Below, piece after piece: positions 19,340 through 31,277 of a stretch of DNA of 64,000 bases. Numbering within the stretch: the stretch's first letter is position 1; the number at the start of each line of letters is the position of its first letter. Source of the stretch: PVC group bacterium (GTDB lineage: Bacteria > Auribacterota > Erginobacteria > Erginobacterales > Erginobacteraceae); assembly GCA_040773245.1 (NCBI GenBank), contig JAXGWO010000001.1, positions 6,498 to 70,497 of the forward strand, in the 5' to 3' direction. The notes below the pieces were generated by a model, which made no database searches, was not told the DNA's origin, and saw nothing but the letters and a program-made list of their open reading frames with translations. The translations under genes were made by a program, and so were the position numbers.

Positions 19340-20734
19340 TCAATTCAGGTAGCCGAGCGAGCGCAGCTCCTTGATCTCCTTCTCCCCCAGCGGCTCGTCC
19401 GCCGCGGGGGCCTCGAAGAGGGGGTGGGCCTCCAGCCAACGGTCCAGCTCACCCTCCAGCCGCCGGGCCAGTTCCGGCTCCTCTTCCGCCAGGTTCCGCT
19501 TCTCCCCCGGGTCCCGGGCCAGGTTGTAGAGCCGCCGCCCGATCCCCCTCCCGCCCCTCCGGAGGAACTTCCACTCCCCCCGCCGGATCGCCTCCTGCTG
19601 CCGGGCCGCCCGGGCCCGGCTGAGCTCGGCGAAGACCGCCCGTTCCGGGGCATCACCCGATCCCGCCAGGACCGGGAGCGGTCTACCCTGGAGACCGGGC
19701 GGCGCGGGGACCCCCGCCGCCGCGCAGACGGCGGGGAAGATGTCCACGATCGAGACCGGCTCCTCGATCACCGCCGCCGCCATCCCGCCGGGGGGGACGG
19801 CGATCAGCGGCACCCGGATCTGCTCCTGGTAAAGCGAGCTGCCGTGGCCGATCTCGCCCCGCTCCAGGAACTCCTCCCCGTGGTCGGAGGTGACGATGAT
19901 CAGCGTGTTGCCGGGGTCGGGAAGGGCTTCGACCAGCTGCCGGATATGGTCGTCGGTGTAATTGATCTCGCTGTCGTAGAGGTCGCTGAGGATTTGGGGG
20001 GCGGCGGGGTCCAATCTGATCTCGTCGAGCCGATCCCGGAGCTTCTTCATCGTCTGGTGGGAGTATTCCCGGTAAGAAGTCTTGTCCGGGTTGTAGTCGT
20101 TGATCCAGGGCCGGCAGGCGAAGTAGGGATCGTGGGGATCGAAGTAATGAATCCAGAGAAAATAGGGCCGGGAGGCCCGGATCTCGGGGAGCATCTCCTC
20201 GAAGGCCCCGTTGGCTGCCGCGGCCCGGGAGAAGCCGAGGCTGGCGAAACGGTGAAAGCCCCGGGCGAAGCCGTTGGCCTCGGTCATATGGAGGTTGGTG
20301 GAGATCCCGTAGGTGGAGTAGCCGTTTTTGGCCAGGTGCTCGGCGATCACCGGCAGCCCCTCCACCAGCATCTGCTGCTCCACCACCTTCCCCCGGGCGG
20401 CGTCCATCTGGCCGTGGATGACGCCGTGGCTCCGGGGGTAGAGCCCGGTGAAGATCGAGGCCATCGAGGGCGGCGTCCAGGACGCGGCGGCCCAGGCGTT
20501 GCGGAAGAGCGTCCCCCGGGAGGCCAGGCGGTCTAGGAAGGGCGAAGTTTCCCGGTGGTAGCCGTAGCAGGAGAGGTGGTCGGCCCGGAGGGTGTCGATA
20601 GTGATCAGGACGATGTTATGTCCGGTGGGGGCGGGGGCGGGACGGCCGCAGCCGGCGGCAAACGTCGCCACCGCCAGGAAGACGGCCGGGACCGGGCCGG
20701 GCTTGATCAATCCGGAGTGACGGCGCATCTTCAT
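19340..20734 (-). CDS. Sulfatase (arylsulfatase family), lipoprotein
   Basis: The sulfatase active-site region is present: NIVLITIDTLRADHLSCYGY...SWTPPSMASIFTGLYPRSHG. A lipobox-like AAGCG precedes it. Confidence 0.8.
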   Translation of the reverse strand: MKMRRHSGLIKPGPVPAVFLAVATFAAGCGRPAPAPTGHNIVLITIDTLRADHLSCYGYHRETSPFLDRLASRGTLFRNAWAAASWTPPSMASIFTGLYPRSHGVIHGQMDAARGKVVEQQMLVEGLPVIAEHLAKNGYSTYGISTNLHMTEANGFARGFHRFASLGFSRAAAANGAFEEMLPEIRASRPYFLWIHYFDPHDPYFACRPWINDYNPDKTSYREYSHQTMKKLRDRLDEIRLDPAAPQILSDLYDSEINYTDDHIRQLVEALPDPGNTLIIVTSDHGEEFLERGEIGHGSSLYQEQIRVPLIAVPPGGMAAAVIEEPVSIVDIFPAVCAAAGVPAPPGLQGRPLPVLAGSGDAPERAVFAELSRARAARQQEAIRRGEWKFLRRGGRGIGRRLYNLARDPGEKRNLAEEEPELARRLEGELDRWLEAHPLFEAPAADEPLGEKEIKELRSLGYLN

Positions 20735-20749
20735 CCCGCGCGGATCGGG

Positions 20750-21226
20750 TCACTCCGGGCGGGGGATGATCCCGAAGTGCCGGCCGAGGACGTAACGCAG
20801 ACGCTCGTTGAGCTCCCCGGCGTCCTCGTCGGGCACCTCGGGGGCGATCTCGATCCGGAAGCCGTCGGCGGCGTTCCAAATCCGGACCGTCCCGGCCAGG
20901 ACGTGGGGGAAGAGCTCGGTGTCGGTCTCCAGCTCCTTCCGGACCTTCTCCCGCTCCTCCCAGAGCCAGCGGGCGGCCTCCTCCCCCGGCGCCGGCGGCT
21001 GCTGGAGCACCTCCTGCACCCGTTCCCGGATGAACTGGCGGGTCTCGGGGGACAGGGAGGGGGCGAACCACATAAATTCCTGTTCGGGGTTGTCCACGAT
21101 CCGGAAAACCCCGTCTTCGAAATAGGGCAGGAGCAACGGGTCGGGGCGGAGGATCCGCTCGGCCACCGAGGCCAGGAACCTGTTCTCCTCCCTGAACTCT
21201 CTCTCTTCCGGATGCATATTTTCCAC
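20750..21226 (-). CDS. Hypothetical acidic protein
   Basis: The ORF sits directly upstream of and co-oriented with the sulfatase gene. No recognisable motif was found. Confidence 0.35.
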   Translation of the reverse strand: MENMHPEEREFREENRFLASVAERILRPDPLLLPYFEDGVFRIVDNPEQEFMWFAPSLSPETRQFIRERVQEVLQQPPAPGEEAARWLWEEREKVRKELETDTELFPHVLAGTVRIWNAADGFRIEIAPEVPDEDAGELNERLRYVLGRHFGIIPRPE

Positions 21227-21376
21227 CGGCGCCGGGTTCCGGGATCAAACCCCCGAAAACCGGAAGACCATATATCCTACCAGCCCGGCCGCCGGCTGCC
21301 AATTTAATTTCCTTTTTGCGGATGGGAAACGCGGTGTTAGAGTGATTCAGCGATTACCGCCAGACCTGTTGCCGCG

Positions 21377-23191
<1,815 letters not shown>

Positions 23192-23206
23192 AACATCGCC
23201 GCGGAG

Positions 23207-24157
23207 TCACTCGATCACCGGGCCGGTGACCGCCCGGAAATAGTAGGCATTGGTCTTGTCAGCGTCGTCAACCCGTCCCAGAACATCGAAGTCGAGTATG
23301 AAGGCCCAGGTGGATTCGTTCCTGGTGGTGGTGGAGGTCCAGTAGAAATCCATCTTGGTGTTGGGGAACTTGGCCCCGTCCACGCAGGGATAGGATCGGC
23401 TGGCGTCCACGATGGTCTGGAGCTCCTTGACGTTGGGGAGGCGCCAGTCGGTCCGGTTGAGGTAGTTGAGGTTCTCGCACCAGGCGACCGCGGCGGCCCA
23501 GTTGGTCTCCGTGTTGAAGTTGCAGCCCTTGCTGTCACCATCCGCGGCCCAGATCAGGCCGGTATTGTTGTCCACGGTCCACTTCCCCACCCCGACGACG
23601 CTGAAGAACTCCAAGTCGAAAGGAGCCCCCGCCCGGTGGTCGCCGTCGTCGCCCGCCTGGTATGAGGTCGTCTGGCCGGTAACTGGGAGGAGCTGCCGCA
23701 GCGGGCCGGCGCCCCGGCCCGGGTCGAGGGCGGTGTCGGCGGAGCCGCCGAAATAGATCCGGGTCACCCCCCTCGCCGCCCAGAGGCCCGAAGTGGGGCG
23801 GAAGACCGCGGCCTCCCAGGTCCCGTCGCCGTCGAGGTCGCCCGGGACCGGGCTGTCCCCCGACCCGCCGAAGTAGAACCGGGTCAGGCCCTTCACCGCC
23901 CATAACCCCGAGGAAGAGCGGAAGACCGCCAGGCGGTCCTTCCCCTCCGCCCCGTAGTCCCCGGCCGCCGGCTCGTCGGCGGAACCGCCGAAGTAGGCCC
24001 GGGTCACCCCCCGCACCGCCCACAGCCCCGAGGCGGGACGGAAAACCGCCAGGTCGCCGACCCCGTCCCCGTCGAAGTCGGCGGCGCGTAATATTCCGGC
24101 AACCGCCAGAGAGACCAGCAATACCGCAAGTATGATCGTTCTCACTCCGTCCTCCAT
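23207..24157 (-). CDS. Secreted protein: FG-GAP/VCBS-like repeats followed by a C-terminal DUF1566 (Lcl C-terminal) domain
   Basis: After the signal peptide come 4 repeats of the form [22 protein letters not shown]. The C-terminus reads WRLPNVKELQTIVDASRSYP...YWTSTT, matching DUF1566. Confidence 0.65.
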   Translation of the reverse strand: MEDGVRTIILAVLLVSLAVAGILRAADFDGDGVGDLAVFRPASGLWAVRGVTRAYFGGSADEPAAGDYGAEGKDRLAVFRSSSGLWAVKGLTRFYFGGSGDSPVPGDLDGDGTWEAAVFRPTSGLWAARGVTRIYFGGSADTALDPGRGAGPLRQLLPVTGQTTSYQAGDDGDHRAGAPFDLEFFSVVGVGKWTVDNNTGLIWAADGDSKGCNFNTETNWAAAVAWCENLNYLNRTDWRLPNVKELQTIVDASRSYPCVDGAKFPNTKMDFYWTSTTTRNESTWAFILDFDVLGRVDDADKTNAYYFRAVTGPVIE

Positions 24158-24189
24158 TCCGAGGTGGGGTTGGGCGCGCTGCTCCGGCG

Positions 24190-25143
24190 TTAGGGCCCGC
24201 GGACGGCGCGGAGGTAAACCCGATTAATGCCGAGAGTAACCTTGTTCTGAGAGGAAAAACAACCGGTGGTGAAGCTGATAGTGCAAGCGATATTTGACCA
24301 AGTCGTCCAGGTGGTGGAGGTCCAGTACTCGTAGTTGGCGCTGGTGTTCGGGAAATAGCCGCCGTCGACGGCCGGGTACATCCTCCCGTAATCGACGATC
24401 GACTGCAGTTCCCTGACGTTGGGAAGCCGCCAGTCTTCGTAGCCGCCGAAGTTGAGGCTGTCGCAGTGATTGACGGCCTGGCTCCAGGTCGCCGTCTGAC
24501 CGTTGAAGCAGCCTTCGGCGTTGCCGTCCGCCGCCCAGATGAGTCCGGTGTTCCGGTCGCGGGTGAGCAGGTCCCCGGAACTGATGAAGGTCTGGAAGGA
24601 GAAGGCGGAGCCGGCCTGGAGGTCGCCGTCATCCCCTCCGGCGTAGGACGTGGTCTGGCCGGTAACCGGGAGCCCGCCCCTCCGGGCGCCCTTCCCCGGG
24701 GCGAGCGCCCGGTCGGCGGAGGCGCCGAAGTAAGCCCGGGTCACACCCCGGAAGACCCAGAGGCCGGACCCCGGACGGAAGATCCCCGGTTTCTCCCTCC
24801 GGTCGCCGTCAGGATCGCCGGGAACGGGAGAGTCGCCCGACTGGCCGAAATAAATCCTGGTCACCCCCCTCGCCGTCCACAGTCCCGAGACGGGACGGAA
24901 GATCGCCGGGACGTCCCGGACCCCTCCGTCATAGTCGGCCGGAACGGGGACGTCCCCCGAGGACCCGAAATACGCCCGGGTGATCCCCCGCACCACCCAC
25001 AGGCCTGAGACGGGGCGGAAGACCGCCACGTCGCCCGTGCCGTCGCCGTTGAAGTCGGCTCCCGATGACGCCCCCGCCAGAAACATCAAAGACGCAATAA
25101 TCAACGCCGGTGTTCTCATTGGTTCACCCCAGCTTGAAGGCAT
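24190..25143 (-). CDS. Secreted protein: FG-GAP/VCBS-like repeats plus C-terminal DUF1566 (a paralog of the previous gene)
   Basis: Same architecture as the previous gene. The C-terminus reads WRLPNVRELQSIVDYGRMYP...YWTSTTW. The real start is probably MRTPALII near 25119. Confidence 0.65.
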   Translation of the reverse strand: MPSSWGEPMRTPALIIASLMFLAGASSGADFNGDGTGDVAVFRPVSGLWVVRGITRAYFGSSGDVPVPADYDGGVRDVPAIFRPVSGLWTARGVTRIYFGQSGDSPVPGDPDGDRREKPGIFRPGSGLWVFRGVTRAYFGASADRALAPGKGARRGGLPVTGQTTSYAGGDDGDLQAGSAFSFQTFISSGDLLTRDRNTGLIWAADGNAEGCFNGQTATWSQAVNHCDSLNFGGYEDWRLPNVRELQSIVDYGRMYPAVDGGYFPNTSANYEYWTSTTWTTWSNIACTISFTTGCFSSQNKVTLGINRVYLRAVRGP

Positions 25144-25262
25144 TTAGCATTCATCACTTAACCCTGGGCCGATCTCGCCCGGCATCAAGCCGGATATCAT
25201 TTCAAAGATTATCCGGCACCGGACGAAATTAGCAAGAATAAACGGGCCGGGGTCACGCTTCC

Positions 25263-27233
25263 TCAGCGGGTGACCGGGAGGTCAGCCGGGCCGCCGAAGT
25301 AAACCCGGCTCAACCCCCGGATGGCCCAGAGCCCGGCGCCCGGCCGGAAGACGGCGGCCTCGGCCAGGCTCTTCCCGTCGAAGTCCGCCGGGACCGGGAG
25401 GTCCCCCCAGCCCCCGAAATGGAACCGGGTCTGGCCGGGGATCGCCCACAAGCCGGTCTCCGGGCGGAAGACCGCCGGCTGGAAACGGTAGGGCCCCGCC
25501 TGGCGGGCCGCGGCGTACCACCCGTAAACCCCGGGGGCGGGGAGGTCGCCGGTCCGGCCGAAATAGAAACGGGTCACCCCCCGCGCCGCCCAGAGACCGG
25601 CGCCGGGGCCGAGAATCGAACTGGGGCGAAAGACTGCCGCTTCCGCGATGCCGTCCCCGGAGAAGTCTCCGCTGAGAGGCCAGTCGAACTGTTGGCCAAA
25701 GTAGAACCGGGTCGTTCCCCGGATCGTCCAGAGGCCGGTTACGTCCCGGAAGACGGCGGGGTCGCAGGCGCCGTCGCCGTCATAATCGGCGGGGACCGGG
25801 GTATCCCGCCAGTCGCCGAGGTAGAAACGGGTCAGGTCCTTCACCGCCCAGAGTCCGTCGGCGGGGCGGAAGACGGCGATGTCGGTAAGCCCGTCGCCGT
25901 CGTAGTCTCCCGGGACCGGGATGAACCGCCCGTCGCCGAAGTAGGTCCTTCCCAGCCCCCGAACCGCCCAGAGGCCCCGGTTGAGGCGGTAGACGGCGAC
26001 GTCGGCTATCCCGTCGCCGTCGTAGTCAGAGGAGGCCGGGCGGGGCGGGATGGCCGGGGGGAAGATGTCGACGATCAGCTGGGCGGCCACGAAGGTGGCG
26101 TTGATATTCTCCCGGTTGTTGAGCAGGACGACGATGACGGCGTCCCGGGAAGGCAGGTAGTACATCCCGCTGGTGTAACCGGCCTCCAGGTCGCCGCCGT
26201 GGCCGACCGAACCGAGCAGCGACGACACCCCCAGCCCGTATCCCCCGCCCGGGGCGGGCCAGGGACCCCAGGTCAGCTGCTCGCGGTGGAGCTCCGGAGA
26301 GATCAGGTCGCCGCGGGCATAAGCCCGTCCCCAGGCCGCCAGGTCGGCGGCGGTGGAGATCATCGCCCCGCAGCCGAATTCCCGGGAGGGCTCGTAGGCG
26401 GCGCAGGCGGTGAGCGCGGTGTACCCGCTCCAGTCCGGGCAGTAGTCGGCGAAGTCGGAAGGGGTCCAGTAGCTGTAAACGGCCGGGGCCGGCATCGCCG
26501 GGTCCGCCGGGTAGCTGGTGTGATCCAGGCCGAGGGGGACCAGGATCCGCTCCCGAATCTCCTCCGGCAGCCTGGTCCCGGTCACTTCCGCCTGGAGAAC
26601 CCACTCGACGATCATCCCCAGAAGAATGTAGTTGGTGTCCTCGTACTCGTACCCGGTGCCGGGGGGCGAGCCCCCGACCGAGACCGCCAGGTCGACCATC
26701 GACTGGGGCGCCCACCCGGCCAGGAGGGAGTCGGCGGGGGTTTGGGAACAGTTGGCGGTCCGGTACTCGGTGCTCGCGGTCCAGTCGCCCAGCCCGCTGG
26801 TGTGGTTCATAAGCTGCCGGACCGTGATCCGGTCGGCCAGGGGGACGCCGAAGCCGCCGTTGAACCGGTCCAGGGTATCTTCCAGGGAGAGCAGCCCCTC
26901 TTCGACCAGCTGAAGGACGACGACGGCGGTGAAGGTCTTGGAGATGGAAGCGATCCGGAAGTAGTCCCCGGCCTCGATCGGCCGGCCGGCCTCCAGGTCG
27001 GCGGTCCCCCGGGTCCAGGTCCCCTCCCAGTAAGGGGTGGCGATGAGCACGATTGCCCCCGGCACCCCCTCCGCCTGGAGGTTATCCAGCCAGCCGGCCA
27101 CGATTTCCTCCGCCAGGGGCGGGGGCGGGCCGGCGAAGACCGGCGGAGGCGTCAGGAACGGCGCAAAAGCAAGACTGGCGACGGATACGGTGGCGATGAT
27201 CGTCTTCACTTGGTTCCTCCTGTTCTCAGGCAC
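25263..27233 (-). CDS. Secreted serine hydrolase of the beta-lactamase/PBP fold (class C-like) fused to a C-terminal FG-GAP/VCBS-like repeat module
   Basis: It has an S-x-x-K motif, FRIASISKTFTAVVVLQL, and an YxN-like region in the N-terminal half. The C-terminal half has about 7 FRPxxGLWA(V/I)RGxTRFYFG repeats. Confidence 0.7.
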   Translation of the reverse strand: MPENRRNQVKTIIATVSVASLAFAPFLTPPPVFAGPPPPLAEEIVAGWLDNLQAEGVPGAIVLIATPYWEGTWTRGTADLEAGRPIEAGDYFRIASISKTFTAVVVLQLVEEGLLSLEDTLDRFNGGFGVPLADRITVRQLMNHTSGLGDWTASTEYRTANCSQTPADSLLAGWAPQSMVDLAVSVGGSPPGTGYEYEDTNYILLGMIVEWVLQAEVTGTRLPEEIRERILVPLGLDHTSYPADPAMPAPAVYSYWTPSDFADYCPDWSGYTALTACAAYEPSREFGCGAMISTAADLAAWGRAYARGDLISPELHREQLTWGPWPAPGGGYGLGVSSLLGSVGHGGDLEAGYTSGMYYLPSRDAVIVVLLNNRENINATFVAAQLIVDIFPPAIPPRPASSDYDGDGIADVAVYRLNRGLWAVRGLGRTYFGDGRFIPVPGDYDGDGLTDIAVFRPADGLWAVKDLTRFYLGDWRDTPVPADYDGDGACDPAVFRDVTGLWTIRGTTRFYFGQQFDWPLSGDFSGDGIAEAAVFRPSSILGPGAGLWAARGVTRFYFGRTGDLPAPGVYGWYAAARQAGPYRFQPAVFRPETGLWAIPGQTRFHFGGWGDLPVPADFDGKSLAEAAVFRPGAGLWAIRGLSRVYFGGPADLPVTR

Positions 27234-27299
27234 CGGTCTGTCAGTGCAGCACGGGCATTCCTGCCCGGGTGCCGCCCCGAACAGACAGGAATGTCTGTT

Positions 27300-28190
27300 C
27301 TACCTATCCGGCCGGGGCGGGAGTTCGAGTCTCCGGCCGAGGATGACGCAGTTGTAAAGGGCGCGGCCGACCTGGTCCCGGGTCAGGTAGGCGTTGGACC
27401 CGGCGGCCTCGTGGAGCGAGACCAAGGTCTGCTCGTCGATGTCGTAGGTCCGGACGGCCGGCAGGTCCGTTATCCAGATCTCCGGGTGCTCCAGGTCGAG
27501 GTCGGAGGAGAAGTGGAGGAGGAGCCGGCCGGCCTCCCAGAAGACCCAGACCTCGTTGGCCACCGGGGAGAGGGGGGAGACGTGGACCGCCCGGCTAAAG
27601 GGATCGGACGAATCCGGGAGGAGGGGGTACTCGTCCTCCAGTTCCTCGTTCACGGCTTCCCGCATCCGCTCCAGGAGTTCGGGGTCGGGGAAACGAGCCT
27701 CCGCCCGGGTGCGGAAGAGGTGGTCGCGCAGCTCGGAGTGAGACATCCGGATTTCTTGGTACTGGGCCGGCCTCTCCTCCGGCTCGGGGTAGCGGGCCAC
27801 GTTGACGATCTTGTAAACTTCGGACTGCACCCTCCGGCCGGAGTGCTCGACCGGGTAGTCCGGCTTCTTCACGGTGACGAAGATGTCCAGCCCGGGGATG
27901 ACGATCTCCCCGAAGCGGCTGAAATCTCCGTCGTCAAGCTCCGGTTTCAGTTCCCGCACCCAGAAGACGACGTCGTCCTCCTCCACCTCCGCCTCCTTCT
28001 CCACGTCGGCTTCGTCCATATACCACCGGTAGAGGTGGCGGACCACCTCGCGGAGGTAGCCCTCGTCCAGCAGCGCCGGATCGACCGAGGGAACCGCCGC
28101 CGGCGGCTCCCCCGGCGAGCGGCAGGAGCAGAGGAGAATCGCCAGAACCCACAGGATGCCGGCCAGAGTTTCTTGCCGTCTGATTTTCAT
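27300..28190 (-). CDS. Hypothetical acidic lipoprotein
   Basis: A signal peptide with an LLCSC lipobox is present. No recognisable domain was found. Confidence 0.4.
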   Translation of the reverse strand: MKIRRQETLAGILWVLAILLCSCRSPGEPPAAVPSVDPALLDEGYLREVVRHLYRWYMDEADVEKEAEVEEDDVVFWVRELKPELDDGDFSRFGEIVIPGLDIFVTVKKPDYPVEHSGRRVQSEVYKIVNVARYPEPEERPAQYQEIRMSHSELRDHLFRTRAEARFPDPELLERMREAVNEELEDEYPLLPDSSDPFSRAVHVSPLSPVANEVWVFWEAGRLLLHFSSDLDLEHPEIWITDLPAVRTYDIDEQTLVSLHEAAGSNAYLTRDQVGRALYNCVILGRRLELPPRPDR

Positions 28191-28892
28191 TCAGCGTCGT
28201 TCCAGGGTGAAGAAGCGGTTGCCGCCGAGGACACCGCCATCGGCGTTGGGGATCCGGACGAACTGCCCCCCGGGGTCATAGTAGTCCCTATCCGCCATCC
28301 AGGCGTAACCCCGTCCGGTGACCGGGATTTTCCCGACCCTCTCCAAGCCGGCGAAGCGGTCGGCCTCCTCGATCCCCCCCCGGACGTAGGCCGCGGCCAG
28401 GTCACGTCCATAGACCAGCAGTCGGGAGAACCGTCCCGGCGGGCCCGAGGCGGCGATCCGCAAAAGGTTGTCGATCCGCTCCTCCACCCGGGGGGAGAAG
28501 ACCGGCCGCCCGGCCCGGTCGCGGTAAAAACCGTCGCACTGTCCCTTCTCGCCGCCGGCGGTGATAACGTCGATCGCGTCCTCGGCCCCCGCCGCGCTCA
28601 GCTCCTCCGGCGCGTAGCCCCCGGGGGTGTGCCGAAGGCGGGACTCCACCACCCAGAGCACGGCCAGCATCGCCGACCGGGTGTCCTTTTCGCTGACGTA
28701 ACCCCGCTCCCCCGGGAAGGGGACCTCGTTGATCAGGAGCCGGGCGATGTATCCGGCGGGATCCCCGGGTGGGAGGAGTTCCACCCCGGCCGGAGCCGGG
28801 GAAACCGCGGCGGCAAGCAGGCAGAAAACACCGGCGAATATACCGCACCCGCGAAACTTGATTGCCGGGTTCGAGCGCATATCCGGGGACAA
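28191..28892 (-). CDS. Hypothetical secreted protein (weak resemblance to SleB-type cell-wall hydrolases)
   Basis: It has an N-terminal hydrophobic segment. The region LLINEVPFPGERGYVSEKDTRSAMLAVLWVVESRL loosely resembles the Hydrolase_2 core. Not confident. Confidence 0.35.
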   Translation of the reverse strand: MSPDMRSNPAIKFRGCGIFAGVFCLLAAAVSPAPAGVELLPPGDPAGYIARLLINEVPFPGERGYVSEKDTRSAMLAVLWVVESRLRHTPGGYAPEELSAAGAEDAIDVITAGGEKGQCDGFYRDRAGRPVFSPRVEERIDNLLRIAASGPPGRFSRLLVYGRDLAAAYVRGGIEEADRFAGLERVGKIPVTGRGYAWMADRDYYDPGGQFVRIPNADGGVLGGNRFFTLERR

Positions 28893-28979
28893 CGCAGCGC
28901 AGGCAGTCCTGCCTGTGCAGCGGACGACACAGGCAGGAATGTCTGTGCTACTTTGCCGACACGGACAGGAATGTCCGTG

Positions 28980-31067
28980 CTACCGGGCCACGGGGATGTC
29001 TCCCGCGGTTCCGAAGTAGGCCCGGGTCAGGCCGCGCAGGGCCCAGAGGCCCGTGGCCTCGCGGAAGACCCCGATCTCGGCCACCCCGTCGCCCTGGTAG
29101 TCCGCCGGGACCAGATCGTCCCCGGCCGCCCCGAAGTAGGCCCGGGTGACCTCGCGCACCGCCCACAATCCGGTGGTCTCCCGGAAGATCGCCGGTTCAA
29201 GTCCCGGGTGGGAGTCGTACCCGGCCAGGACCGGGAGATCCCCCGCTCCGCCGAAGTAGATCCGGGCCCCGGCCCGGGAAGCCCAGAGGCCGGTGGACGG
29301 GCGGAAGATCCCGATCCCGGCGGTGCCGTAGCCGTAATAATCACCGGGGACCGGCTCGTCCCCCGCGGCGCCGAAGTAGGCCCGGGTCAGGCCCCGCACC
29401 GCCCAGAGGCCGGTGCTCTCCCGGAAGACGGCGATGTCGCTCGTCCCGTCGCCGTCGTAGTCCCGGGGCAGCGGGGTGTCGGTCGAACCGCCGAAGTAGT
29501 TCCGGCCGCCGTCCCGGACCGCCCAGAGGCCGGTGCTGTCCCGGAAGATCGCCATATCGGTCGTCCCGTTCCCATTGTAATCCCCGGGAACGGGGGTGTC
29601 CCCCGATGTGCCGAAGTAGGCCCGGGTCACCCCCCGGACCGCCCATAAGCCCGTGGTCTCCCGAAAGATCGCGATATCCGAGGTCCCGTCTCCGTCGTAG
29701 TCGTAGTTCCAGGCGCTGGAAGACCGGGCGGGGAAGACGTAGCGCCTGGCGTAGACGTGCGTATCGGAACCGTCTCTCTGGCTGAATACCACCATCGCGT
29801 GGCCGGAGGGGTCGATCGCGACCTGGGGATCGTCGGCCCAGTTGCCCGGCCCCGAGTCGATGGCCGTGGCCCCGGCCCAGGAAGACCCGTCCCAGGTGTT
29901 GGCCCAGGTCCTGATGTCAGTGACCCCCCCGTCCACGGTGTACTCCGTAAAAGTCGCGACCGCCCGCCCGGAGCCGTCGATCGCGACCGGGGCGGAGTAT
30001 GGGCTGACGAGCCATCCGAAGCTGCCGGCGTCGATGATGGCGGGGCCTGACCAGGACGATCCGTCCCAGCGGTTGGCCCAGACACGGGACTTGGAGCCGT
30101 CCGACTGGACGAAGGTCGCCACCGCCTCGCCTCTCCCGTTGAGCGCGACATTCGAACCGGTCACGGAATCTCCCAGCCCGTTATCGATGGTGGTGGCGCC
30201 CGACCAGGACGAGCCGTTCCACCAGTTGGCGCAGAGGCGGTTGTCGGCGCCGTCGTTGTGGTGGAAGATTGCGAGGGCGTTCCCGGACCCGTCCATCACG
30301 ACCTTGGGCGAGATCGCGTGGCCCGCCCAGCCCATATCGATCGGGGTGATGGCCCCCCAGGCGGCCCCGTCCCAGTGGCGGGCCAGGACGCGGTTGGGCG
30401 ACCCGTACTGCCGCCAGACCGCGACCGCGGCGCCGGTCCGGTCCATCGCGACGCCCGGGGAGTCCGCGTTGGTGGTCGCCAGGTTCCAGCTCACCGTGTC
30501 GAGCTGATGCCAACCCGAGCCTTCCCAGCGGCTGGCTTGAATTATGTCGTACGTAGAGTCCTCCACGTAGACGGCGAGAGCATTGCCGCTCCCGTCCATC
30601 GCGATTGCCGGATAGAGGGTGTCGCCAGGGAGGCCCGGGGCGACCGCCGCGGCGCCGGACCAGGCCGAGCCGTCCCAGTGGTTACCGTAGACGTTGGAAG
30701 CGGAGGTGGTCTCCGTGAAAGCCGCGAGGGCGTTACCGCTGGCGTCCATCGCCACCTGCGCGTCGGATTCATCCCAGGTGCCAGGGATACCGACCGGCTG
30801 GGCCGTTCCCCAGGCCGAACCGTCATAGATATTGGCGTATATTACTGGCGTGTACATAGCCCCCGGTACGATCTCGGACCACTCGGTGAAGGCCGCCGCC
30901 GCCCGGCCGTCGGGGCCGACCGCCACCTGGGGGGTTTCGGCGTCCCGGACCCCGCTGCTGATCACCACGGGACCGGACCAACCCTGCCCAAAAACGGAGC
31001 CGAACGGGAAGATCACAACCGCCAACGCCGACAGTAAGACCAGGAACCCGCAAACGCTTCTGCTCAT
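28980..31067 (-). CDS. Secreted protein with BNR/sialidase-like W-x-G-S-x-W-S repeats and a C-terminal FG-GAP/VCBS-like repeat module
   Basis: It has a signal peptide and repeated DGSGNALA(V/I)F...W(D/N)GSSWSG units. The C-terminus has about 7 [19 protein letters not shown]...DYDGDG repeats. Confidence 0.55.
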   Translation of the reverse strand: MSRSVCGFLVLLSALAVVIFPFGSVFGQGWSGPVVISSGVRDAETPQVAVGPDGRAAAAFTEWSEIVPGAMYTPVIYANIYDGSAWGTAQPVGIPGTWDESDAQVAMDASGNALAAFTETTSASNVYGNHWDGSAWSGAAAVAPGLPGDTLYPAIAMDGSGNALAVYVEDSTYDIIQASRWEGSGWHQLDTVSWNLATTNADSPGVAMDRTGAAVAVWRQYGSPNRVLARHWDGAAWGAITPIDMGWAGHAISPKVVMDGSGNALAIFHHNDGADNRLCANWWNGSSWSGATTIDNGLGDSVTGSNVALNGRGEAVATFVQSDGSKSRVWANRWDGSSWSGPAIIDAGSFGWLVSPYSAPVAIDGSGRAVATFTEYTVDGGVTDIRTWANTWDGSSWAGATAIDSGPGNWADDPQVAIDPSGHAMVVFSQRDGSDTHVYARRYVFPARSSSAWNYDYDGDGTSDIAIFRETTGLWAVRGVTRAYFGTSGDTPVPGDYNGNGTTDMAIFRDSTGLWAVRDGGRNYFGGSTDTPLPRDYDGDGTSDIAVFRESTGLWAVRGLTRAYFGAAGDEPVPGDYYGYGTAGIGIFRPSTGLWASRAGARIYFGGAGDLPVLAGYDSHPGLEPAIFRETTGLWAVREVTRAYFGAAGDDLVPADYQGDGVAEIGVFREATGLWALRGLTRAYFGTAGDIPVAR

Positions 31068-31277
31068 CGTTTCCTCCCCGCCCCGGCGGAATCACCCCGG
31101 AGCCTTGGTTGAGATCGGCGGACCGGCCGGCCCGCCCGGCCGGAACTCCCGGCCGGACAACCGTAAATTAACCACGTCAGGGCCGATCGGTCAACCCGAC
31201 CGGCCAGAATTATTGATCCGGGGAACGAACCCGGATGACGACCCCGGGCGGGCCGGGCACGGACCCGCTCCGGAGGG

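Noticed and set aside
457-21307. Many long antisense or overlapping ORFs in the first third of the window (for example 457-1599-, 1767-2561-, 1892-3076+, 8179-9591-, 9943-12318+, 13550-14569+, 15140-16765+, 17014-18744+, 19226-20536+ and 20555-21307+)
   Set aside because: Each lies opposite or out of frame of a gene with clear family motifs. Their translations are dominated by R/P/G/A runs, and they lack RBS, start context and domain signatures. They are the shadows expected in a high-GC genome.
25419-29648. A 1409-aa ORF on the plus strand that spans several minus-strand genes
   Set aside because: Its translation is Pro/Arg/Gly/Asp-rich low-complexity sequence with no domain signal. It lies antisense to four well-supported minus-strand genes: a beta-lactamase-fold protein, a lipoprotein, a secreted protein and the BNR/FG-GAP protein. 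It is an artefact of stop-codon paucity in a genome of about 68% GC.
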